A DNA stretch of 64,000 nucleotides from NCBI GenBank assembly GCA_905178155.1, contig CAJINV010000013.1, positions 1,202,392 through 1,266,391 on the forward strand, in the 5' to 3' direction. Numbering within the stretch: the stretch's first letter is position 1; every line of letters starts with the position of its first letter. Origin of the DNA: Amoebophrya sp. A120. Taxonomy: Eukaryota; Protista; Dinoflagellata. The notes beneath the pieces are model-generated. The model was not told the origin of the DNA. It ran no database searches and saw only the letters and a list, made by a program, of their open reading frames with translations. The translations under genes were made by a program, and so were the position numbers. Shown here in pieces: positions 22,329 through 35,187 of the stretch.

Positions 22329-25300
22329 CTACAGAAACTTCGCCCAGAAATCATCGCTGGTCAACCCATGCGTCGCCAAACTGCTGTCGTACACCGGGAT
22401 GTGCAGGTTTCTCGAAAAAACATCCCTCGAAGGTACCTTTTCTTGCAGCACGTCCACGGGTATCAAGTTGCCGAAAATTTTCCGCTCAATCAGGTCGTAG
22501 TTCTTCTTCTCCTGCACAGAATCGGTTTCGTCTCTACTTCCAATCGGCACCGTGAGCTCGTCCGCAAACCGGCATTCTTGTGGCTCAGAAAGGTCGAGAA
22601 AGCCATAGTAAAACTCCCGGCGATCCACCACGTCGTTGCAGAATAAGTTCGAGGCGTTAGTTGTGCTGCTTGCTGATTCTGGAGTTCCACTACGATCATG
22701 TTGACCAAAGCCGCCTTCAAATACGCGGAAAGCGGAATCCAAGACCGACGTGCGAGAATTATCGTGTGCAGTGGTAGTTTCCAACGTGCTTACAGGAACA
22801 CCTGCTTCCGGTGGAGGTGCTGCTGCTGTCACATTTGTGATAAACTCCTGCAGTCTTTCCTTCATAATTTCGTCTACGACCTTCACTTGTGCCGTCAGAA
22901 TACGCTGTTTGCGGCGAGAATTTTTCCTCCCTTCACTCGCAGAAGAAGTACGCGCTGTGCTATCTGTTATTTCATCCAGTTCACTTTGCAAGAGCTGCAG
23001 TTGAGCCGCCGAGACACTGGTTGCAGAGCCATCGTCTTGTGGAGAGAGAAATTTCTCTTTCCATTTCGTTATTTCCGTGGGAAATGAAATTTCGTAGCTG
23101 TATACGCGATTCTCAGCCTGTTGCAATTGGTTCTTCGGCACGTGCATCTGTTTTCCGAAGCCAAGAGTGCGGAGGAGGAAGGCTTTGTGCTGCCCACCTT
23201 TGCCGGCATGCGTACTTGAACTAGATTCGAGGCTCAGTTCAGCCTGAGGAAGTCCTGCATCGCCGCCATTTATCGTAGCGGTACCATCATTTTCCGCTGT
23301 GTTCACCGCCATCACCGAAATGTAGGCACGCTTACGTCGTGCAGATCTGCTTCCAGGATTTCCCCTGCTCCGGACGGACCGCTGAGTTCTTGTCTTAGCA
23401 GATAAATTCCCTCGCGGACACAGGCCAGCATGTTGGCAGAGATACTTCCAGTCGCGAATGGGGCAGGGGAGAAAACAGACGCGCTTTTCGGTCAAGTATC
23501 TTCGATAGCTACCCCGGAGGTCAGAAGCGATTTCGCTGGAGGTTGGGGGAATGCTGCTGGACTTCGTGTGCCGGCGGTTCTCGTACTCTTTCGAGAGGTA
23601 TTGCAAAAAGTCCGACACAGAAACAAAATCACCGTTTCCATTTTCCTTTTCATTTCTCGTCAGCGTGTCATCCGAAAAGAGCACACTGTCAAAACGACGA
23701 GCGCTTGTTCCTGGGCTGAACCACTTTCCTCCAGCGCGCAGCGCGATGGCGGTCGCGAGATCTGCCTTCTTCGAAAGCATCGACGCGTCCTGCTCTCGAG
23801 GAGCCTCTGGAGGTTCTGGGGTCGCTGCTCCAGCTGACTCCGCTTTCGCGGCCAACAGCCTTCGCACCAGCTCATCACTGTCCACTAGCAATTCCGCAGC
23901 CCGCCAGCTATTTTTCACCTGCAGTGACTGCGAATGATAAGCAACGCTCTTTTTATTGTCCTTCCCGTCTTTAAAAGCGGCTGGCGGGATAACGCGGCTC
24001 GCTTCGTCGCGTACAAGCTGCGCAGTCACACCTTCGACGTCGGTGAGTTTCTGACAGCCGAGCTTGGGCTTGCCGCCACAGGAAACCACCATCGGCGCGT
24101 GGTACCGCACGACGTTCACTTGTTCCATTTTCAGGAGTACAAAGCCCAGCAATGCCTCCATCGTCACCTCGCCGTCGCCCCATTGCTTTATCATGCCGTC
24201 GTAGTGTTTGCGAATAGACAGGTTCCAGAACGTGCGACGGAATTGGGCGGAGTCTAGCAGAGCAGCTGCTAGTCGTGAGCCTACAGCTGATCCACCAAAC
24301 GGGGTGGATTTTCTTTCACCGTTGCTACTAGTGTTTTTGAAATAGGGCTTCGCGGCGAGTTGAGCTAGAATTTGGGTGAGCAGGGCGGTATCTTGCGATG
24401 CAGCAAACGGATTGGTGTCTGCTTGCCAGGAATTATGCGCGAAGATATTGCGGCCCGCCATTCTTGACTGCGACCATACTTCTGGCACCAAAAAGCGTTT
24501 TGCGCGTTGCGCCCAAACGGTCGCGGCTCGGCGGGTGCACACCGCGTGGTGGTCACAAATGCCGCCCCAGTCGTCCCGGATGCACGGGATGTAGCAGGTT
24601 TTTTCTCTGTCCACCACATGTTGACGCCGATTGCGGCGGTTTCGGACATCAACAATGTTTCCCGATGCACGTCCAGAAACAGCGAGGACGTCCTGCGTCA
24701 TCTGGTCCACCCCCGGAAAGGGATCATCTCCCAGCCACAGGTGCTCTGGTTATCGTGAAGAAACTTGGACGAGTCACGCGAACAGATTTTGCAACGAGGG
24801 CCTTGCTGTAGTGGTCCCTACTGCCCATAGCAAAATCTATGTGCCTTGACTCAGCTGCATTTACCTGGAATACTGCTCGTGAGAACGTGATGAAACCGTA
24901 CGTCTGATTTCTTCTCTGTTCCTCTTCCGCGATCCTCCTATCGCATGGAAAATTCTGCCAGAGCTTTCAGACTTGGGTCACTTCAACATTGATTTCTGTT
25001 CCACCAAGAATCACAAGCACAACAACGAAAAATTAGAAAGGAGCGAGCCAAGTGAGGATCCAAGTCTGAAAAAATCAGCGACGAACAGACCTGTTTGTTC
25101 ACGATACATCTTCTCACACACGTAGGCATCGTACAGTTGAAAGATTGCCGACAACCGGACACCCAGCTTCAGCTCGCGGAGACGCACCGTGTAGGTGTCG
25201 TTGTGAAAGCGACTGCTGAGAGCACCACCATTCGCGGCGAAAGCAAGATGTTCGCCTTCATCTTGTTTCCCCCCCTCATCATTTCGCTCTCCGCCACCAG

Positions 25301-26201
25301 TGCGCCTCGCTCCCCCTACGCTGGTCCTCCCCCAATCTCGATGAAAGTTGAACTCTGAATCCTCGAGGCCCTCCAGGTCCCACAAATGGAAGCTTTTCGC
25401 CTTCTTCTTGATCTGTGTCTTATCAAATGTAAAAATGTCTGGGTCTGGAAGATTCTGAGACTTGTCATGCATGTTTTGCCTGGCCCATGATGTCTGTGAT
25501 GCATGCCCTAGCATCACAGATTTTTCGAGGGCTTCGCGATGCCTATTCCGCATGACAAATGCCCTCTCCGCGTAGCAAAAATTACACTCCCTTTGCTGCT
25601 CCTGCAATACAGATTTTTTTGGAATCCAAATGCAGCATCACAAGTTGCATTCTTCCAGACCCAGACATTTTTACATTTGATATGTCTCAAAGTACGGCGA
25701 TTTCTCCCATAGCTGCCTCGAACCGCTGACGAATACCAAATGTAAAAATGTCTGGGTCTGGAAGAATGCAACTTGTCATGCTAAATCTGAAGCACGTAAA
25801 AATCTGTGCTGCATGATTGCCAAAAGTCGTCCAGTTTTGACCAAGTCGGGATGGAGTTTCTCATGCAGGATAGGCATGAGAGAGATCGCACAGAATCTGT
25901 CATGCTAGGTCCCGCATTCCAGGCCTCATGGGTCATGGAAAATCTGCGTGACAAATCGCGCACTCTTCCAGACCCAGACATTTTTACATTTGATAACGAA
26001 GAGATCGATGCTATTTCTGGCGCGACGGTTGCTCGTTGCATCGGACTCGGTGTCGCTCTCGCTTCCGTTACTATGTTGCTCATCTTCAGAGTTGTTTTCG
26101 TGTAGCAGGTGCCGCAACTGCGACCTGGTCGCGAGTGGGTGCCCCGGCGCGCCGAACAAACAGACGGCATTTTGGAGCGTCGCTGGAACAAGATGGGACA
26201 T
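22329..26201 (-). CDS. Hypothetical protein, multi-exon
   Basis: ORF 25926-26201, the micro-exon 25683-25733, exon 25091-25420 and the 793-aa ORF join in frame after removing two family A elements and a GT-AG intron at 24746-25090. No recognisable domain. Confidence 0.65.
25421..25682. mobile_element. Family A TIR intronic element, 262 bp, close copy of 2026-2287
   Basis: Perfect 32-bp TIR; TSD TGTCT. Removal gives SPYFETQIKKKAK. Confidence 0.95.
25734..25995. mobile_element. Family A TIR intronic element, 262 bp, inverted orientation
   Basis: TIR TACCAAATGTAAAAATGTCTGGGTCTGGAAGA; TSD ACGAA. Removal gives SIDLFVSGSRQLWEK. Confidence 0.93.
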
Positions 26202-26570
26202 GGCGTTTGGTTCAAGCTACTGGCTGCACTTCCGGTCCCAACAACTCCTCGACGTCCATTTTCTACTGTTTTCGCGCAGACAAAAGGATGCACAAGGAGT
26301 AATTTGTGCGGACGTTTAGACGACCGGAGAAATGCCTTCGGCTGTCACACACTTGGGGGAGAAAATTGAACACTGTTGATGGTGTTCATGGATTTCAGAT
26401 AGGCAAAAATGTCCGCTCCATATAATCGGCTTGTAGTTTTTCATTGTTTGTTCAGGCAATATGCAACGCCCCTGGCGTTGAAAGCTACGATTATCTCCCC
26501 AGTACTTCAAAGTCCACCTTGACCACCAATTCACTTAATCTTTGTCCCGAGCAGCGTAAAGTTCCAGCTA

Positions 26571-27904
26571 TCACGCTGGAAAACCTGCGGGGAAACCCTG
26601 CCCCTGCAGTTCACCACCACCACCATCTCCTCCTGCGTGCATCAGGTGGTTGGTTGCCAGCTGCTCCTGCAGCTCCGATTTGACCCGTTGCTCCTCCCGG
26701 ATCAGCCACAGAGGCTTGATGTACCGCACGATGCAGCCCCGGGCTTTCATCTTCTCCAGGTAGTGGATCCGCTTGCCCGGGCGGCTCATCTTGGGCAGGA
26801 TGTCAAATCGCTCTGGATGTAAATGCGCACGTAAGGCCAGCTTGGAGTAGTACACGATGGTCACGGTTCCCCCGACATTTTTCACCTGCTCGATCGTGCT
26901 CTGGTCCGCGCAGGCGACTTCGAGGTCGATCTTGTAGGGAAAAGGATAGTCATTGACGTTGAACACTTGGACCCCGGACCGCACAAACTTCACACATCCC
27001 GACTCCTTCAAATGCCTCTGCGTGATCGGAAACCGGGCGTCCAGCCGCCCGGTTTCGATGAAGTAACGGATCCGCGCAAGATTCAACGTTTCGAACATCG
27101 ACTTCGTGCGGGTGCGCGCGAGAACAGCGGCCGGCCACTTCGCGACCTGGACGTGGTTTGTTGGCGAATTATGAAACAATTATGGTTGTCATGCTCAATG
27201 AGCAAGCGCAAGTTGATGTGCACTTCTGCAGAATACATTCATTGGAAGCATTGCCATTAGTTACTTACTCTCCTCCACATCGGATTTTTCGTTTGCCCCT
27301 CCCACATGCGCTCGTCAGACCCACACTTTCCGCTCGTTCCGATCAAATGCCAAAGATTCCCACGACTCCCACTCCCGCGCGCGCGCTTCGCTCGCTTGTG
27401 CACCGGCCGCACCGGGCCACGCAGGTTTTTGGACATGATCGGAAAAAAGGGGCGGCGCTCTTGCGTCAGCCGGATGTTGAAGGGATTTGGCTGCTTCGGC
27501 CGGGGGCACTTGCGGTAAAGCTTCTCCAGAAGGGAGGGCGTGATGATTTTCGTGCTCCTCGAAGCCGCTCGTTGCGAAGCACTTGCACCATTTCCTTGCT
27601 GCGGTACCGCTAGCGGTCCTGGTGCCCGTGATGTCTTTGTGCTAAAAAGTCTGCTATTCGCCGTCGCGGAGTGGCGGGGGAGTCGGAAAGAGGAGCTGGG
27701 CGACAGGAGAAACCTCTGGCTGCCAAAGTCCTCGCCTATCGACGGAAATGCACGTGATGGATCTGCAGATGCATATAAAACGCATGTACTCCTGCTGCTT
27801 GCTGCGCGCCCTGCCCCGATGCGAATTTTGCAGAGTATCTCTGCTGCCAGTGGCCCGCCGCTCTTCGTGAATGGAGTGAGCATAGAGGGCGATACCACGA
27901 CCAT
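26571..27904 (-). CDS. MRPL15: Mitochondrial ribosomal protein uL15m, 2 exons
   Basis: NLRG...KRARGSGS...EGQTKNPMWRR|VAKW, LNLARIRYFIETGRLD..PIT..L..SG, IDLEV..AD..TIE.VK.VGG.V..VYY. GT-AG intron at 27147-27268. Ser/Arg-rich N-terminal extension consistent with a targeting peptide. Confidence 0.85.
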
Positions 27905-28130
27905 GGTAGGTCGTCAAAACAAAACTTCGCGAAAAAAAAACTTTGCTGCAGCAAATTGAAAAATGTATCTACTTATCTCTAGGCCGCGTGCGGAACAAGG
28001 TTGATCAATTCTGGGGGAAAGACATCAGAGCCATCAAGGTCACAACCAGGAGCTGCCAAGATCTACGAAGGATCATCTTGCACAAAGGTTACAGCATCGC
28101 AAGACCAGCTTGTATGGCAGATCCTTGCCA

Positions 28131-31100
28131 TCAAGACCGAACCATCGCGCTAAAGATTGAACGTGAAACACAGCTCTGCTGTACTAAACAATCCCGAGTC
28201 GGGTTTGCGCAGTTGCGTTTGCCGCGATCGAGATTAGATTTTCTTTTCCGATTCGAACCGCCTTCTCTTGCATTTCCATGCATTCTTTCAACGCTGTGAC
28301 CAGTTGTGCCGGCCAGTCTACTGAGGTATTGAATCCGCAAAGACCGAGCGAATTTCTCGGCGCTTGGGATAGCCCTACCTGCGGCCGAGAAACTACGCGT
28401 ATTGGAAGTATGAGTCGGGAGAAACGTGACTTCTTTCGTGGTATTTCCAAAAAGGAGAAACCCGTTATCCGAGAAGACGCCCGATGGGAAAACGTCATGC
28501 ATCTTTCCCGACAAAGACAGCGTCACGTACAAAGCCACTGCGTCGGCTTGTAGCGTCACGCGGTACAAAGTCAAGCTGCGAGTAGAAAGCGGCTTTTTAC
28601 TGGTGGGGCCGTCGCCTCCTTGAATCCGCCTCTGGTTGTCGTTTATCTCCGAAGTGACCGAAATGACGCGCACATTGGGCTCAGGCGGTAAATAGTGGAT
28701 CCACTGCTTCGGTGGGGCAAAGAGTATGACACGTTCCGGCAGCAAGATGGGCGAGACCCTCGCATTTCGTTCTTGCTCCTTTTCGTCAAGATTAACGTCC
28801 TCGATTGCCGACAGTGACGCTAGTAGAAGCGTCGTCTCCAAATCGACTTGAGGAGATGACACCTCGAGTTGCTCCTGCTGAGTTGTCTTGCCACGTACTC
28901 CAGAGGCCGCGGCCTGCGTGCCAGACCTGCCATCGATCTTCCTGTATTTCCCAAATTTCGGCTTCAAAACCACCAAAGCCCCTGGCCCGGCGGGAAGACT
29001 GAACTTCAGCCGTTCATCCGGTGGAGGTACAAAGGCTTGGTCTCGAAAAGAAAACAAGCGCAAGTGCAACAGACCGGTTACAGGCTCCAGGCTGTCGTTG
29101 CGGACATAGCAGATGACCTCCTTCTGAACATCTTTTACTTTGCTTGAAGGTGCCAGAGCAGGCTCCTCCTTTGAGTCTTTCGTGTTTTCGTAATCTGCTT
29201 TCGATTCGCTTTCGCCTTCTTTCCCAGCGGCCACCCCGCAAGCCACAAAAACGTCCCGGAACGCAAAATTTTGCAGCCAGTGATGCAGAATTTTCCACCC
29301 CCCACCGTATTCCAGTGAGCCCCACCCGCCCGTCGGCCAGATTTCGTTGAGTTGCCACAAGAGCATGCCATTCACGCTTTTATCGAACCGGAGCTGGTCG
29401 ATCCACGTGGTAACACGCAACGCCTGGCCGAGCGCGCACAAGTAAAGTTGAAGCCGAAAATTTTGCTCTGTCCGCTCCGGTTCTTCCGTGGAAAGAGCGA
29501 CAACCGGAGATGAGCGGGATTCTGTTTTGCCATGCAACTCGAGGCGATCATTTCTGTCGCCGAAGTATCCCTCCAACAGGTTCCGGCAGGCGTAGTTCCG
29601 CTGGCTCATGGGATTCTCGCCCGCACAGGCCGGCCGCACGCGATCGGTGACGTTGCAGTCCGAAGATGATGTGCCATTTCCTCCCTCCAGGGACCAGTGC
29701 TCTTTCCTGAGCAGCGGACTGAGCGTCTCGAAGCTGCTCATCGTGGAGGAGCCGAATTCGGAGACAAATCCAGGAGGTTGCGAAGGTTGGTTCGTAAGCG
29801 CCTCGGGCAGCGACAATGTTCCTGCCGCACCACGACAAGAATCCCCACCTTGAGCAAGAGTGCCGTGGTCCTTCTCAGCGTCACGGCACAAGTGAATGAC
29901 CAACGGTATTCCCACGTCGAACTCCACTACAGCGGGCGACTCCGCGTTGATGGTGTCGAATCCACTTCCGTGGAGATACGGACCGTGGGATTCGAGAGGA
30001 GTGTTGGCAGGTCCATCAGCTTTTGTTCTTTCCGCAGACTGAACTACGTCCCCTCTACGAACTTCCAGCTTCTCCCCAAGCACCGGCCTGGACGTGTCCC
30101 GCTCCACGCCCGCGGCCCACCCGTACTTGCTGGGACTCGACGGCCAGATTGCCCGGCTGGGGTCGGTGGCTGCCACGATCGTCATGGCAAAATCTATGTA
30201 GCGGTGGATATTGGAGGACGACGATCCTGCGCTTCTTGCTGCGGGTTGCGACTCCGACTGCGACTGGCCAAGCAGACCACTCTGGTCATCAGTAATATCA
30301 AACACGCATTCGTTACACGCGTTCCAGATCACCAGACTTGGATGCCGAGAAAGTCGGCGCACTTGATATTGCAGTTCCTGTTTCACGGACGTGCTGGCGT
30401 TTTTATTCTCGTCGCGCAAAACCGGACAGTGGTTGTCCTGGTCCACAAACATTAAATCGTGATACAGCAGCAATCCCAACTCGTCCGCGTAGTCGTAGAA
30501 CCGTTGGGGAAGAAACACGCCGCCACCCCAAATGCGCAAAGTATTCATGTTTACGGCCACGGCAGAATCCAGAAGACGAAGCAGGGGATCCTTGTCAGGA
30601 CGAAGCGCGCTCAACTCACGGGAAGGGCCTCGGAGTTGACGATACGCTGTCTGTTCTTGTGCTTGCGCGTCTGTAGTGGCAATCTTGGAGGGCAACGCGC
30701 CTGAGGAGTCGAACGAGTCATCAACGGTAGCCTGTTGCTCTTCTTGCATTTCATCTTGGAGACCGCTTGTAGCAGTCCTGTCGTATCTTGCTCGATCCTC
30801 CTCTTCGATCGCACGGGAAGGTGAAAACGCATTCAGCTCATCTGCGCCGCTCGTCTTTGACGCGAACTTCAGCCTGCTCTCCAAATCTGCGCCACAAGGG
30901 TTCCGCTTGCCTTGTACGCAAGACAAAGCATCGCAAATTTTCCTCTCGATGTGGGGACGGGGGTGGATTTTTCCTTACGATACGCGACTCGCTTTCTCCG
31001 CGGCCTGCATATGAACTGCAAAAGTATCGTATAAATGCATGACAAATTCCCTCAGCATGAGATTGAGCAATTAAAATTTGTAAGTATATGCGTATGTGAC

Positions 31101-34100
31101 TTAACAAAAAGATTTGTAATGCATGACTGCAATACGAGTACGATACTTTTGCACAGGATTGCTTTCTATAGTTAGAACTCCGCGCCAGCTCCTTCACGAC
31201 GATCGAACTGTCCTATCCTGTGCAAAAGTATCGGATTCGTATTGCAGTCATGCATTACAACAAATCTTTTTGTTAAGGTAAATCAGCATTGCAAATCAGT
31301 CAGGGTAGAGGAGCAATCCTCGGGCACATAGATAACAAAACGCTGCACATCTGAAAGAGTTTTTTTGAAAGAAGAAAAGAACAGACGTGCACCATCAGAA
31401 GTGTAGTGCTGGCGGTAGCACTTGTGCTGCACCATCAGAAGTGCGTAACTCGCATGCCGGGCGTGCCATGTCAGGATGTCAGGATAACGCAGAAGCTCAG
31501 TCAGTCAGTCAGCATTGCAAATTTTATCTCTCATGCTGAGAAATGCACTTATACGAGTACGATACTTGTGTAGTTCATATGTCCGGCGGGAAAATATCGA
31601 TATGAGAGTGCATAAAAACAACTCGATCTCCACGTACTACCCAGCTGCAGCCGCCCGGGACGAGAGTGCGGCTCTACTGCTGAGCGCGGAAGATAACGCA
31701 GTGGGACAGCACGTTGAACAGGAGACGGAAAATGTTGAAAAAACCCCCGCCCACGGGGGCTGTTGCCAAGACTGCTGCACGAAAAAGTGCGTGCTCATCC
31801 TTCTCCTCATATTTCTCGTTCTCGCAGGCGGTGCTTGCGTTTTAATTTTCGTTCCCTGGTTCGACGTATCAAATGTAAAAATGGCTGTGCGCAGACATCC
31901 CAGGAGTTAGTATTTGATGTGGCGAAAATCCTTGCGAACAAATTGCTGGAAGTCACCTGCGTAAGATTTGTGGTCCGATCGGCAATACCTATTGGAGCAC
32001 AACCCCTACGCAGGTGAGTTACGGATATCAGCTCATCTGCGCCGCTCGTCTTTGACGCGAACTTCAGCCTGCTCTCCAAACTTTCGGTGGGGACAAAATT
32101 CGCCCCTCGAGCCACAATCTTTTTCCCGTTCACCTCGAGGAACATAGGTCCGCGCCCGCTCCCTCGCGGGGGTGGTGGGGCAACAACCGCAGTTCCTTCT
32201 GCGGATGAAGAACTGGGCCCTTGCTCTTCCTCTTCCTGCTCAGTGCGCAATGCAAAGTGCCGGAAGCCGAATCTGCGGCGGACTTGCAGATTGACGTTCC
32301 CGGAAACTTCGAAATGTAAGTCGTACAGGTTTGCTTCACGTTTCTCCGAGGATTTTTCCCCCGTTGAAGCAGTTGTCCACAGGGCGCGCGGCCACCACAG
32401 GTCCACGTCGGTTGCGAAGAAAGAGTAGCGACAGATCCAGAGTCGGTTTTTGGACAAAATAGTCCTGTTTGTTTTGTCTGCACCGTTTTCATCGCGGCTC
32501 GGGACGCAGTGTCCTTTCAGGGTCAGCGAGCTTGCATCTTCGCGCACTGCCGTCGCCTCAGCTGTGGAGACGCTCTTGCCCACATCAGGCCGGCGCGTTC
32601 CAATCTCCTCGAAGTCTTGGTACAGTGTTGGCCGTTTCCTCCCTGTCTGGAGCTCCCTCGGATGAAGACCGTGATCCTCCTTGTAAAAAGAGCTGGCGGG
32701 CCCGCGGTTTTCCCCAGCTCCGACCGGAATCACCTGAACTCGCGCCTCGAGGCTCCTATTTTCCTCTGTGTGGTTGACCAAATCTTGGCCTGCCCTGGAT
32801 TCGTTCCAAGGCGTTTCTTCAGAAACCCAAAACCCGGCTTCGACCACAACCTGAAACGCGAGGTCCGACGGTATCTTTGCCCAACGAGCGGTCGTAGCAG
32901 CTGTCCACTTCAAAACCTTTCCTACGCCCTTCTGGTGCAGAAAAGTCGTGGGAGCGACAAAATCCACTGCAAAGGGACGAAAGTCACCGGCAGAGTTTGC
33001 CCTCTGCTCTGTGGCTGCCAGCTGTTGCTGCATTGCCGCATCGCTGATTTTCTGCTTCTCCTCGTTTGTACCGATAGCGATTGCAGCACTTCCCTTCGGA
33101 AAGAGATCGCCCACCTCGTGCACCAGATACACCGCCTTCCACAGACCAAAAGTGAACATCGCGGAGTCGGCTTCCCGGTTCACGGCGTTGCTGCCACAGA
33201 CCGAAGCACCATTGTTTGCTCCTCCACCATCAAGCGTCGGGTACCCCGTGAAGGTTTGCGAATACGGTGCCCAATCCCAGCCGCCACTGCACGCCATAAA
33301 GCGGCCATGCACCGCACCTCGCTTGCTCTTCGGGAAACGAACCTCTACGCGGAGAGTTATGTTGCTCTGGTGACTGTAGTTGTTGTGATCTCCTTCGTGA
33401 ACACTGGCAGTAGAAGTAGGCATGGTATTGTTTACGCAACCTTCATCTCCACCGGACGGTGCAGTTGTCTTTTTCGACGAACTATGATCTGCATGATATA
33501 GTGTTCCTTGCACCTCCGCAAGAATCACGTCCTGCAAATCGACGACATACCGCAAAAACTGATTTTTCGCCTCCGCGAGTTTTCTCCCGTTCACAAAAAT
33601 CTCCGCGAACATTTTGATGCCGTCGAAGACCAGCAGGGCTTTCGGAGGAGAGAAAGACGCAGTTCCTGTTCCACTTCGGCTTGTTCCAAGACCTGGGAGC
33701 GACAAAATCACGTCCTTCTGGTACACCCAATCCTGTTCCGTCCACTGCGCTTTGTGCACCAGCCAATTTCTCTCGAAGAAGATATTTCTATCGTGGCCAT
33801 GCGTCCAATTTTTCTTGGCGACTTCACTGACGACGTCGCTGGGGAGGGATACGTTCTCAATGACGAAGGATTTGTCCTCTGCTTTGATGGGACCGGCAGT
33901 GCTGTTATTTGGGTCTGCGCTGACGAAAAGTGTCCAGTTGTGGTTGAGAACCTCGTAATGGTCTTGGTCAACATCTTCGGGATGACTGTTGTACAACTCG
34001 CCGCCATGCACCAGTTGATGGTGGTTCTGTCCACGTGCAGCAATGATCGCATCGTCTCCATGAAGCGGGTACCGACGCGAAGGACTCCTTCCGTTGCGAC

Positions 34101-34254
34101 AGTCTTGTAACAAGAACTCCTTCACTTCTTTTTCCCCATCTGCCATGGCGGGCGAGGCGATGGCGAAAAAATCGAAATATACCATCCTGAAGACGAGCCA
34201 AGGCGCGAGCGCAAAGGCAGGGCGAGCACGGACGGAAAAGGATTTATTGCTCAT
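28131..34254 (-). CDS. Glycoside hydrolase family 2 beta-mannosidase-like protein, interrupted by a 1.14-kb insertion
   Basis: LVFDGI..FAEIFVNG, GWDWAP, GLWK.VYL, LWWP, RFGFR, EVNG..I.ARGANFVP, NMNTLRIWGGG.F, YDYADELGLL, QVRRL..HPSLVIWNACNE (acid/base Glu), FVSEFG (nucleophile), WQLNEIWP..GWGSLEY..WK.LH. Hydrophobic N-terminus. Confidence 0.92.
31010..31159. mobile_element. Family E TIR element, about 150 bp, with a degenerate TSD
   Basis: Ends TATGAACTGCAAAAGTATCGTA and TACGATACTTTTGCACAGGAT. Inverted homolog of 31214-31579. Confidence 0.7.
31175..31866 (+). pseudogene. Captured fragment of a membrane-anchored protein gene, antisense to the host gene
   Basis: Plus-strand frame ...GGCCQDCCTKKCVLILLLIFLVLAGGACVLIFVPWFD ends at a truncated family A TIR (TATCAAATGTAAAAATG at 31867). 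Confidence 0.55.
31214..31579. mobile_element. Family E TIR element, 366 bp, with a nested insertion of about 226 bp
   Basis: TATCCTGTGCAAAAGTATCG...CGATACTTGTGTAGTTCATA; TSD TGTCC. Removal restores the plus-strand frame RQLLHDDRTVRRENIDMRV. Confidence 0.85.
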
Positions 34255-35187
34255 TTTGAGTTACTCTAGATGTTGTACTAAGTTTGTTCTCGAGAAGATC
34301 CGGCGCACCATCGCCGGGTGACGCGAATGTACATGACGGGTTTTCCACGATTCGCCCGCGTCGCGAGTAAATAAGAAGCTCAAGCTTCCCACATTGTAGG
34401 ATCTCATCTTTTCGGCGCGATGCCGAATCCAAAGGGAGTAGGCGCAATAAATAGAACACCTTTCTTGTACTGCCAGGAAGCCACAACTTTGGCAAGGTGC
34501 TTCCGCTGTGCTGACGGGGTTTTTTCAAATTGAGGAATTTCATCTGTTCATCTGCCCGCTAAAGAGCGAAGAACGTGTAAAAAAAGTATCTATTTAGAGG
34601 GAGATAATCTTTTCCTACTACTAGTACTAGGTTATGTGCAGAAAATTCGCTGATATCATGTACTATTACTAATTTACGATTATATGATACAAGAAAAAGT
34701 ACTAATTTTTGTCCTTCGTAGAGGTCACTAAAGATTTTGAAAGGGGAAGGGAAAACAAGGAACTCTTACGGGAAAAAAAAGCAACATGATGCGCGCACGC
34801 ATCTGAAAAAAATAAACGTCATAGCTATGGGGTCGTGTAGCTTCCGCGCCTGTCAAGACTGAGAGAGGAAGAGAAGATCGATGAGAATCTGATAATCAAG
34901 TGAAAACGATTTCGAGTAGCCCGCTCGCTGTTGTTTCTTAATGCTTTGCATGTAAGTGCAAATTGCCTTTCAAAAGAAACAATGCCCCAATTTCATTCTG
35001 CATGCAGCAGAGAGGAGCGCCACAAATAAAGTTGGTACTTCTAAGTAGTCATGTTTTCGACGGCTAGATCAAACATGACACCAGCAGTAGTCAACCCCTA
35101 GAGTCGCAAGAAGCTATCTCGCCACTTGAAGATCAAATCCTCCCGATACTCCGAGAGTACCACAGTCAAAGGCCGGTCTGAATAGTG

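Larger units (their letters stand above)
30886..32027. other. 1142-bp insertion flanked by a perfect 53-bp duplication of mannosidase coding sequence
   Basis: 30833-30885 is identical to 32028-32080, so the peptide LESRLKFASKTSGADEL appears in both ORFs. Confidence 0.9.

Noticed and set aside
31100-31277. Long hairpin as a miRNA or ncRNA precursor
   Set aside because: Explained by the facing ends of two oppositely oriented family E elements around about 55 bp of intervening sequence.
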